Origin: a virus
Taxonomy: Duplodnaviria > Caudoviricetes
Length of the DNA stretch: 43,152 bases
Reading direction: 5' to 3' (one strand)
IMG/VR virus record: IMGVR_UViG_3300043932_000299
Coordinates: 1 to 43,152 of that record
A program made the position numbers and the translations under genes. Shown here one piece after another: positions 1 through 7,185 of the stretch. Each line of letters opens with the position of its first letter. Positions within the stretch are counted from its first letter, which is position 1. Below the pieces are notes generated by a model. That model did no database searches. It had not been told where the DNA came from and worked only from the letters and a program-made list of their open reading frames with translations.

Positions 1-159
1 TTAAACCAATGACAATTTTTGTAACGTTTTTATTAATTTAGGATTTTTTAATAACTCATTCATAGCTACTCTGGAATCTATATCAACTGTCCTATTTGCA
101 ATCTTATTTAATTTTCTACTTGGAACTTTAACAAACTGTTTGTTTAGCTTGTTATTCAT
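1..159 (-). CDS. Small basic protein, candidate antitoxin downstream of Doc-like gene (52 aa)
   Basis: AAAGGAG RBS precedes ATG at 159; C-terminus LIKTLQKLSLV loosely resembles Phd-type C-terminal helices; operonic with Fic/Doc gene. Confidence 0.6.
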   Translation of the reverse strand: MNNKLNKQFVKVPSRKLNKIANRTVDIDSRVAMNELLKNPKLIKTLQKLSLV

Positions 160-215
160 TATATCAGCTCCTTTCAAATTAATATTAAATATATTACTAC
201 ATGAATTATTAAGTA

Positions 216-866
216 TCAAGAATTTTCACCCAAAAGTATCCTTCTTGAAAATTCAAAATCAATATAAGAATGTCTGGATATATACTGGTAAAGTTGTTTG
301 AATGATATTTCTTTGTTTGCAACTTTAATAGAAATATCATACAGTGCTACTTCATCAAGAATATCAAATAAGTAACCATTCAACTTCAAGTATAATAACG
401 CTGTTAATAGGGCAGTTCTTTTATTACCATTATTAAACATCTGCTTTGTTGATATTGTGTACCATAAATATGTTGCTTTATACAAAATAGTTGGATAAGG
501 TGTTATATTAAAAAAACTATTATCAATCTGTCCAAGTAGCGAAGCTAATCCCGCCTTGTCTTTAACCCCATAGAACCACTCTTCTTTTAATAGTTTTTCA
601 GATTCTTCGTTTATATTAGTAAGCATATCAATACTTAGTTTCGGATGCTTCACGGGAAGGATATACCAGTATCCTTCAAGAGTACCGTCGAAATAAAACG
701 AAAGTTTATATAGTTGCTGATTATATTTTCTAAAAGACAATTTCCATCTTTGTTTATCAACTTGGTTCAAATTTATTGCCTTAGCAAAGATTTTCTTATA
801 TTCGTAAATTTGTTTTCGGCAGACATTCGTTACAACCAAATATCCATATAGTTTTGTACTATTCAT
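216..866 (-). CDS. doc: Fic/Doc (death-on-curing) family protein with N-terminal extension; catalytic His replaced by Gln
   Basis: QMFNNGNKRTA matches Doc motif HxFx(D/N)GNKRTA; YPTILYKA and LKLNGY segments typical of Doc; GAGG RBS. Confidence 0.85.
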   Translation of the reverse strand: MNSTKLYGYLVVTNVCRKQIYEYKKIFAKAINLNQVDKQRWKLSFRKYNQQLYKLSFYFDGTLEGYWYILPVKHPKLSIDMLTNINEESEKLLKEEWFYGVKDKAGLASLLGQIDNSFFNITPYPTILYKATYLWYTISTKQMFNNGNKRTALLTALLYLKLNGYLFDILDEVALYDISIKVANKEISFKQLYQYISRHSYIDFEFSRRILLGENS

Positions 867-887
867 AGATCACTACCTCAACTAATT

Positions 888-897
888 ATTGTACCAT
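888..897 (-). promoter_or_regulatory. Extended -10 promoter (TGgTACAAT) for doc moron
   Basis: Minus strand reads ttta-TGG-TACAAT ~22 nt upstream of the doc start, just past the lysin terminator. Confidence 0.55.
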
Positions 898-903
898 AAA
901 ACA

Positions 904-944
904 CAAAAAAGACCCGGCAGACGCTTTCCACACGTCTCCGGGTC
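904..944 (-). terminator. Intrinsic terminator after endolysin
   Basis: GACCCGG-AGACG/CGTCT-CCGGGTC stem followed by a T6 run on the minus strand. Confidence 0.8.
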
Positions 945-986
945 ACGGTTAACTTTTGAAAGGTTTTCCTTTCTTATTTCATTAAA

Positions 987-2369
987 TTAGCTAAAAGTTA
1001 CTTTCTGCTTGCCGCCAACCGACTCCACAGTTACGTGGTCAGCCAGGACTTCATTGGTTGTCTTGCCATCTAACACCGGCTTAGCCGGGCCTTCAAACTC
1101 TGGGAACCAGTAGTCAACGTGGTTACCTTCGCCACCCTCATCATCAGAGTAGCGAGCAACCAGCTGGAGCTTCTTGCCGACTAGGTTGTCTGGATAGTCG
1201 AACTCGCCATTAAAGCCAGCCTGCCCAGAACCATATACACCTGGATATGCCTTGGCTACATCAGGGCGGTTAACCGAGTCTACTTTGATTCGCTGAACTT
1301 CCTTGCCGTCAGCCAGCAAAATCAAGAACCGGTATTTCAAACCAATCGACAGGTCGGTAGCGTGCCAGCCTGACAGCTGGAGCTTGCTGGTGTAGATGGT
1401 TGACTTCCGGCCGTCCAAGTAAGCCAGGTTTTGAGTGAACTCGTGGTCAGCCGTAAAGTCTGCCGCATTGCCATTGCCCGCTGGATCATCAGTATAGCGG
1501 AAGTAAATGGTGACCTTCTTACCAGCCTTATCCTTGGTGTAGTTGAATTTGGCTGAGAAGCCGCACTTGGCATCAATGTCCGGATAAGCCGTATGAACAT
1601 CTGGACGGTCAGTCAGATCCACCTGCCGCCGGGCCAACTCATGACCATCGGCGGTCAGAATTACATAGTGATACGGCTTATCCTTGGCTCGGTCAGTGCC
1701 AAACCAGCCAGATACGACGACTTGGTCACCATCAAAGGCTACACTGTCTAGCCATCCGCTCGTGGTAATCTTGGCCGGTTCAACGGCTCCTTGTTCAGTG
1801 GTGTAGTAGCCGGAGAAGTCGTAAGACATATCAACACGATAACCACCGATTGGGTAGTTGTTGAAGGCCTGCCAGGTACCCACGTTGTCCACACCGGGCT
1901 GACTAGCACCGTAAGCGGCAATCCAGCCGTTAATCTTGTAGCCGAAGGCACCTAGGCTGACCTTGCCATCCCAGATATATGAAGCCATCGTGTACAAGTC
2001 AATTCTTGGGTAGCCATTGGCAATAACTCGGTCGAGGAAGACCTTAGCGAATGCTGGATTGCTTCCCTCTTCCAGGTCAAGTGCCATGACAGAACTAGCG
2101 TCAATGCCGTACTGCTTAGCCACTGAACAGAAGTAGTCAGCTTCGGCAATGGCCTGGTCGGCACTCCAGAAGCGAGCATAGTGGTAGCAGTGGACAATCA
2201 GGCCAACTTTAACGGCATTCCGAATTTGGCCCGCCGCCTTAGGACTTACCCAGCCGGTCCCCTCAGTTAGCTTAATGATTACCGCTTTGACCCCAGCATT
2301 TTTGGTGGCTTGCATGAAGTCAAGTGTGTCCGGTTGATAAGCAGAATAATCCGCAACTAAGTTAGGCAT
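987..2369 (-). CDS. Endolysin: GH25 muramidase plus two C-terminal RPDV-type repeats
   Basis: N-term ADYSAYQ, KLTEG, YHYARF, ALDLEE (DxE) of GH25; two ~100-aa repeats each with RPDV...GF...RY(T/S)DD; start chosen from the GGAGG RBS and overlap with the holin stop. Confidence 0.93.
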   Translation of the reverse strand: MPNLVADYSAYQPDTLDFMQATKNAGVKAVIIKLTEGTGWVSPKAAGQIRNAVKVGLIVHCYHYARFWSADQAIAEADYFCSVAKQYGIDASSVMALDLEEGSNPAFAKVFLDRVIANGYPRIDLYTMASYIWDGKVSLGAFGYKINGWIAAYGASQPGVDNVGTWQAFNNYPIGGYRVDMSYDFSGYYTTEQGAVEPAKITTSGWLDSVAFDGDQVVVSGWFGTDRAKDKPYHYVILTADGHELARRQVDLTDRPDVHTAYPDIDAKCGFSAKFNYTKDKAGKKVTIYFRYTDDPAGNGNAADFTADHEFTQNLAYLDGRKSTIYTSKLQLSGWHATDLSIGLKYRFLILLADGKEVQRIKVDSVNRPDVAKAYPGVYGSGQAGFNGEFDYPDNLVGKKLQLVARYSDDEGGEGNHVDYWFPEFEGPAKPVLDGKTTNEVLADHVTVESVGGKQKVTFS

Positions 2370-2829
2370 GGTTATCGTCCTCCTTTTCTTTTCCATTATA
2401 TTTTCCGGTAATATGGTCATAGTCCCGTCCATCATAATCTGGCTGGGCCTTAGCCACGTTTAACTTCTTAGCCAAGAAATCGACAACCGGTTGTAACCAC
2501 CAGGTAGCAATGTGCATCTGACTAAGATTTTCAACAAAGGAAACTAGGTATTGATAAGCAAAGGCTAGAACCATAATCTGCGCAACCAAGTTAAATCCTA
2601 AAGTAATAAAGTATGGGTAAAAAGTTATAACCATTGCGACGATTAATAGATGCTTACACAGTCCATAGATTCCTTTGGTTGAATTAGTACGATCTGCTGT
2701 TTGCTTACTTCGAAGTCCTTTTACAATTCCTGACAAGATATCAACAAGTACAAGCCATGTAAATCCTATAATTAAAGGATCGTCGATTAATTTTTGTGTT
2801 TGATGTAATACAAGCAAATGATATGGCAT
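2362..2829 (-). CDS. Holin (Phage_holin_4-like)
   Basis: Hydrophobic segments; DILSGIVKG...S.KG..G..K and SFVENL motifs; immediately upstream of lysin. Confidence 0.88.
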   Translation of the reverse strand: MPYHLLVLHQTQKLIDDPLIIGFTWLVLVDILSGIVKGLRSKQTADRTNSTKGIYGLCKHLLIVAMVITFYPYFITLGFNLVAQIMVLAFAYQYLVSFVENLSQMHIATWWLQPVVDFLAKKLNVAKAQPDYDGRDYDHITGKYNGKEKEDDNHA

Positions 2830-2855
2830 TGGTTCACCTCCCTAGAATTGGGTAA

Positions 2856-2885
2856 AATAAAAGCGCCTATCCGAAGATAAGCGCT
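2856..2885 (-). terminator. Intrinsic terminator of small toxin mRNA
   Basis: AGCGCTTATC-TTCG-GATAGGCGCT followed by TTTATTTT on the minus strand. Confidence 0.8.
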
Positions 2886-2892
2886 CGGGTCA

Positions 2893-2970
2893 CTACTTGA
2901 GCAACCACTTAATTAGTTGTTTAACGTGCTTACTAGGCACAATGATGATCAGAAGGAACCAATGTCCCAT
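2893..2970 (-). CDS. 25-aa hydrophobic/basic peptide MGHWFLLIIIVPSKHVKQLIKWLLK, candidate type I toxin
   Basis: Not in ORF track; AGGAGG RBS locked in hairpin ATAGGAG-GTGA-CTCCTAT; has its own promoter and terminator. Confidence 0.75.
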   Translation of the reverse strand: MGHWFLLIIIVPSKHVKQLIKWLLK

Positions 2971-3031
2971 AGGAGTCACCTCCTATTGCACACGGTTTAA
3001 GTGGGAGCTACCCACCCGGTGCGCAGTAATT

Positions 3032-3060
3032 ATTGTATCACAATTAGAATGTGATATAAT
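3032..3060. promoter_or_regulatory. Back-to-back overlapping extended -10 promoters in an inverted repeat
   Basis: ATTGTATCACA-N7-TGTGATATAAT: TGaTATAAT on + (3052-3060), TGaTACAAT on - (3040-3032). Confidence 0.75.
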
Positions 3061-3066
3061 ATAGAC

Positions 3067-3160
3067 ATGATGATTAGAAGGCCGGTGCGCAAAATGGTGT
3101 TGTGGTAGCTCCTCAATGCCGAACCGGTTGCGGGCGCTTAATAAGCGTCCATTTTTTATT
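3067..3160 (+). ncRNA. Candidate antitoxin sRNA (~90 nt)
   Basis: Starts ~7 nt after TATAAT; ends at GGGCGCTT-AAT-AAGCGTCC plus T-run; its 5' 25 nt are complementary to two sites of the toxin mRNA. Confidence 0.72.
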
Positions 3161-3174
3161 TTAAAGCCGCCCAT

Positions 3175-3207
3175 AATAAAAGCCCTGCTCGCTGTGAGTA
3201 GGGCTTT
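3175..3207 (-). terminator. Intrinsic terminator after XkdX-like gene, nested in a larger conserved stem
   Basis: AAAGCCCTGCTC/GAGTAGGGCTTT stem with T-rich tail on the minus strand. Confidence 0.75.
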
Positions 3208-3266
3208 CTATGCATTGTGTATTTCAATGGCGACTATATATCAGCTATATCCAGCTATCTAACAAG

Positions 3267-3422
3267 CTATACAGCTGGTGTTGCGGCAGGAGCGTAGTCC
3301 TTGCCAGTAATTGCCTTGTAGCCGGCGGCAGTTAGAACTGCGTCGCCCAACTTTACATAAAAGTCCAAATCAAAGCCAGCCGTGCCATACATAATTTTGC
3401 AAAAATCAAACATTGCTCCCAT
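3267..3422 (-). CDS. XkdX-family small phage protein (51 aa)
   Basis: Not in ORF track; MGAMFDFCKIMY...YVKLG..LTAAGYKAITGKDY fits XkdX pattern; GGAGG RBS; typical position before lysis genes. Confidence 0.8.
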   Translation of the reverse strand: MGAMFDFCKIMYGTAGFDLDFYVKLGDAVLTAAGYKAITGKDYAPAATPAV

Positions 3423-3424
3423 GA

Positions 3425-3802
3425 TTACTTACCTCCGTTTGTAGTGTCCTTTGCGATTAACCCTGCAATCTGAGCACCTAAGGCTTGGACTGCCTGAGTA
3501 TTCTTCTGATTATCGATTACCAGCTGCCCAACCTGCTTGCCTAAAGCGCCCAGGGCTTCGGTACCCTTGTCGTCTGCTGGCTGGGTAGAAATTGGCGCTG
3601 GTCCTAGATGAGCCTTAATGTAAGCCGCATCTTCTTCATCAGTCAACTGACGCCAGCTTGACCCCTGCCATTTTACTGTTGATTTTTCAATTTTGTCAGG
3701 AGCGGTAGTTGTCTCGTTTGGCTGTAATGTATAATCGTCTGCTACGCTATCCGTTGCAGTCAAGCACATATCCGTATCCCAACGATAAATGGTTTTTGCC
3801 AT
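3425..3802 (-). CDS. Hypothetical tail-fibre-associated/chaperone-like protein
   Basis: NETTTAP...KWQGSSW motif plus C-terminal coiled coil; between fibre genes and XkdX. Confidence 0.6.
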   Translation of the reverse strand: MAKTIYRWDTDMCLTATDSVADDYTLQPNETTTAPDKIEKSTVKWQGSSWRQLTDEEDAAYIKAHLGPAPISTQPADDKGTEALGALGKQVGQLVIDNQKNTQAVQALGAQIAGLIAKDTTNGGK

Positions 3803-3820
3803 TATAGTTCCTCCTCTTTA

Positions 3821-4267
3821 TTAAAAATACATGAAAGTAATATCTACTTGAACATCATGATTATGCCCATCTGCTGGGGCGTAATGATACCCAATGTGGC
3901 TAACGTCGATTCCATAGAATGACAGTTCTCCACTTACACTTCCACCAATGAATTGCGCCACGAAAATGCTAGCCTTGCTAGGCACGATTAGCAGCGGTGC
4001 TCCGTTAACTGGTGCAAGGTTAGGGTGACTAATGGACAGGTGGCAAATCTTCAAGGTTTTGCCATTAAGAAACGGTAAAACATCAATGTAGCACTCGTTC
4101 TTCTGCCACCCATTAGTTAATACCAATCCATTCTTTTCTTCGATTCTTTCGTAGGCCAAAGATGTTTTATCAGACAGTGTTTTGGAAGTATCATAAAGCT
4201 CTTTAAGCATTGCATTAAGTGGGCTATCCCAGTGTGTTTGTCCGTGTGCTATTTCTTGATATGCCAT
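3821..4267 (-). CDS. Putative tail-tip/receptor-binding module protein (intact paralog)
   Basis: N-term IAHGQTHWDSPLNA, then beta-rich domain starting NGLVLTNGW; located downstream of baseplate genes. Confidence 0.65.
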   Translation of the reverse strand: MAYQEIAHGQTHWDSPLNAMLKELYDTSKTLSDKTSLAYERIEEKNGLVLTNGWQKNECYIDVLPFLNGKTLKICHLSISHPNLAPVNGAPLLIVPSKASIFVAQFIGGSVSGELSFYGIDVSHIGYHYAPADGHNHDVQVDITFMYF

Positions 4268-4290
4268 TAAGGTTGTCCCCTTTCCATTTT

Positions 4291-4320
4291 AAAAGCGAGC
4301 AACCTCAACGGCTACTCGCT
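4291..4320 (-). terminator. Hairpin/terminator between the two tail-tip paralogs
   Basis: AGCGAGTAGCC-GTTGA-GGTTGCTCGCT followed by TTT on the minus strand. Confidence 0.6.
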
Positions 4321-4740
4321 AAATTACGTAAATAAAGTCTCCTACATAGGTCCAATTATTTGGGTCTGCCTTTAGCTCATCGGTGCTAAGGACTCCCATT
4401 TTGTTATCAGAAATTTGACCAATAGTTTGCCAATAACGGCATTGAAGCATTCGATTTTTGGGCTTTACGTTATCTGGGATTGCAAAGATTTCCGTGTACT
4501 GACCCGCCTTAGCATTACCTTTGGTTACTACTTGCAAGTCGACAATCTTCTTATCACCAATTTGTACGTAAGAATAGGTAGCCCGACCACTCCAACCGTT
4601 TAGGAAAAAAATGCCATCATCAGTTGGCTTAGTCCATTGGAGGGCGTTTACTACCCCCCCACTTTTTCTACGGTGTCAACGAGGGCATTGTGCTTAACAT
4701 GCCAGTCAAGCTCTGCCTTTTGAATTTTCAGATTGTCCAT
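4319..4740 (-). pseudogene. Tail-tip module paralog split by a G7 tract (phase-variable or -1 frameshift)
   Basis: ATG at 4740 gives MDNLKIQKAELDWHVKHNALVDTVEKVGG-stop; the -1 frame from 4654 reads VVNALQWTKPTDDGIFFLNGW... to 4319; one extra G gives ~140 aa. Confidence 0.8.
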
Positions 4741-4742
4741 TA

Positions 4743-5837
4743 TTAAACCTCCTTGAATTTAGCTACAAAATCGCTTGCTACATCAAACTTGGTGACGGTC
4801 GCACCCTTGAACTCTAGTGCAATGGTGAAGATATCGCTGTATACGTAAGCAAATGAACCACCAAAGCTGGCGTCCGGGTCAGACATTGATAAGTCACTCA
4901 TAAAATTATGAATGTTATCCGGACTGACAAAGACTTCAATTTCAGTAGGTTCATTACGTACTGCACGCACATTGACATCGTAAACTGCTGAACCACCCGC
5001 AGGAGTATCACCGGCCCCGCCAATGCCTGCACCATACTTACCGACATAAGCATGGACTGATGGATACAAGTCCACGTCTCCATTGCTGTAAGTCCCTAAG
5101 TCAAGGTGTGCAACCCCCAACAGTACTGGACAACCAGCAATCCGGGCCAGCTGAGTGAAGGTAACCACATCGTTAGCCTTAATCAGGGCTTGAATATCTT
5201 CAATCCGTGCTTCCAGATGGGAAACGATGCTTTGCAGGCTGTCAAAGTCCTTACCATACGTATCCAGCATGGCACGAATCTTGGCGTCCCAATCCTCCTT
5301 GAACTTCTTCAGGTCAGCGCCAGCATTAGCAACGATGGCTTCCAACTTGCTATAAAGGTCTTGGAATGGCGTAATATAGTCGCTCGGAATCAGTCCAGAG
5401 ACAACCTTATCCGCAAGAATATCCATGTTGAATTCTAGCGTAGCAATTGACTCCCCTGTTCCCTCTCGAACAATCCGAAAGAAAATCTGCTTATATGACC
5501 CGGCTACGGCAAAGACTTGTGCTGGAAAATCAAAGCGGAACTGGCCACCGGTTGGGTCAATCAAAGTTGCATGTTTTGAATCATAAACACGGTGCTTTCC
5601 ATCGGGCATGACACCTTCCAGAATCTGGTTAGTGCCAGTTAAGTCCATAGGAATGTAGTTATTTTTATCCCCTTGATAAATCTTAACCATTGCCTGCCGC
5701 ATAGTGTTTTCATACTGACGTGCTTGAATCCAGGAATACTGATTGTCATCGTGCCAATCGACAGTCAGTACAGCATCGTCCATAGTTCCTGCCAAGTCAC
5801 GCCTGTCGGTATCAACGTGAAATGTTAAAGTTTCCAT
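4743..5837 (-). CDS. bppU: BppU-family baseplate upper protein (DUF2479-like N-terminus)
   Basis: WIQARQYENTMRQ, PMDLTG, FAVAGSYKQIFFRI, ATLEF motifs, then coiled coil. Confidence 0.82.
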   Translation of the reverse strand: METLTFHVDTDRRDLAGTMDDAVLTVDWHDDNQYSWIQARQYENTMRQAMVKIYQGDKNNYIPMDLTGTNQILEGVMPDGKHRVYDSKHATLIDPTGGQFRFDFPAQVFAVAGSYKQIFFRIVREGTGESIATLEFNMDILADKVVSGLIPSDYITPFQDLYSKLEAIVANAGADLKKFKEDWDAKIRAMLDTYGKDFDSLQSIVSHLEARIEDIQALIKANDVVTFTQLARIAGCPVLLGVAHLDLGTYSNGDVDLYPSVHAYVGKYGAGIGGAGDTPAGGSAVYDVNVRAVRNEPTEIEVFVSPDNIHNFMSDLSMSDPDASFGGSFAYVYSDIFTIALEFKGATVTKFDVASDFVAKFKEV

Positions 5838-5841
5838 CTAC

Positions 5842-6120
5842 TTAAATAACCCCCTTTCGCTTTAATACAGTTTCGACTGCGTTCTCCAATGCAACCTGGT
5901 CGATACCACTCACTTGAATACGATTAATTCTGTTCTCCAGTGAGCTAATTTTCTGCTCCAAACTGGCCTGTGATTTCTTATCCCCAACTCGGGAAACCAG
6001 GTCATTCAGCTCCTCCTCAATTGCCGAGAAGTTCTCAACCAAGTCATCATAAAATTTTCTGTTCAACACCAGCGGTAAATCAGTAGTGTGTAATGTGATT
6101 TTGTCCGCCAATTGCACCAC
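5842..6120 (-). CDS. Hypothetical coiled-coil tail protein
   Basis: In tail operon, GGAGG RBS (true start may be TTG at 6111). Confidence 0.7.
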   Translation of the reverse strand: MVQLADKITLHTTDLPLVLNRKFYDDLVENFSAIEEELNDLVSRVGDKKSQASLEQKISSLENRINRIQVSGIDQVALENAVETVLKRKGVI

Positions 6121-6132
6121 CTCCTTTGATGG

Positions 6133-7185
6133 CTACCAAGTGGTTACTAGCTCAAACGGATACCAACTATCGCCGCTACCATTACGAATAAAGGTGGTGG
6201 GCCGATAAGAGCCCAGGACCCGCACCGTTTGCGTCACATACACCGAGTTAAAGGCTGACACTTGGACCGACTTTACAAGACCAATCCACCCATTCTGCAC
6301 TGAAGTATCATACTTAGTTAAGTCAATGCCCAGGTCAGATAGAGCCTTCACCTCATAAGAAAAGCCCTCCGAATATTCGGAAGGCTTTTTGACTTGGTGA
6401 AGATTATCTGTATCGATAGTGGCCTTTACAGAATTTGCAAGAGCCACTGCTTGATTAGCCAACTGCTTATTTTGACTAACCTCGGCTTTTACCTGCTCCA
6501 TTTCAGCACTATGGACCAAGTCAGTCGGAATAACAGGAAGCTCTTTATGCTTTGCATAGGCAGTCAGCTCTGCTTCTCTAACCAGGCCATCAATGCTTGG
6601 AATCTGGTTTAGCTTTGCATAGCCGTCTAATGATGGAATATCACTTTCAAGAGCCAACCTGGGTTTCTCAGTGATGCTGTCCCAGCTCATAGTCTTTGGG
6701 ATTTGCCCTACATCGGCCTTGTTATCTAATAGGCTAGCATTCTTTTCGGCCAATTCCTTAGCAGAACTAGCAGTAGACTTAACGTCTTGCAGTGCCTGCT
6801 CGTGAACCAGGTCAGATGGTTTGTCGGTAATGTCGTTCCAGCTAAAACTGGTTGGGATTGCCAACTTAGCCAGTCGCTCTTCTAATTGATCTTTGGTTAT
6901 CACTTCTGGTTTACCCTTAATATCAGCCCATTCGATGGTCGCACCATCAATTAATGAGCTAACGTACTTCTTGAGGAACGGCCAGAAGCTGGCAGCATCC
7001 TTATCCGAGAATTTTCGACCGTCAGCTGTCAGAATAACCTGATAATGCAGGCCATTATCCGTAGAACAAGACAACGTGTAAAACCCAGTGTCCGGATCAA
7101 CCCGGAACTGGATAATCTGCTGATTAAACTTGTCCTGATCGTTCGGAGCAATCGGCTTCATTGTATTTTGCACATCATCAGCCAT
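6133..7185 (-). CDS. Tail fibre-like protein with W-x-D/S-I-x-x-K-P repeats
   Basis: WADIKGKP, WNDITDKP, WDSITEKP and IPSLDGYAK/IPSIDGLVR repeats; C-term TFIRNG...WYPF fibre-knob-like end. Confidence 0.75.
   Translation of the reverse strand: MADDVQNTMKPIAPNDQDKFNQQIIQFRVDPDTGFYTLSCSTDNGLHYQVILTADGRKFSDKDAASFWPFLKKYVSSLIDGATIEWADIKGKPEVITKDQLEERLAKLAIPTSFSWNDITDKPSDLVHEQALQDVKSTASSAKELAEKNASLLDNKADVGQIPKTMSWDSITEKPRLALESDIPSLDGYAKLNQIPSIDGLVREAELTAYAKHKELPVIPTDLVHSAEMEQVKAEVSQNKQLANQAVALANSVKATIDTDNLHQVKKPSEYSEGFSYEVKALSDLGIDLTKYDTSVQNGWIGLVKSVQVSAFNSVYVTQTVRVLGSYRPTTFIRNGSGDSWYPFELVTTW

Noticed and set aside
2983-3174. 63-aa minus-strand ORF in the track
   Set aside because: No RBS; it crosses the promoters and sRNA of the TA-like locus, which explain the region better
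3236-3278. Four (C/A)AGCT(AT) repeats at ~10-bp spacing
   Set aside because: Short and degenerate, partly within the XkdX-like gene end; no spacers or other support for a CRISPR-like or operator role
3821-7185. Diversity-generating retroelement or invertase shufflon for the tail genes
   Set aside because: No reverse transcriptase or invertase gene, no template/variable repeat pair, and no inverted cassettes
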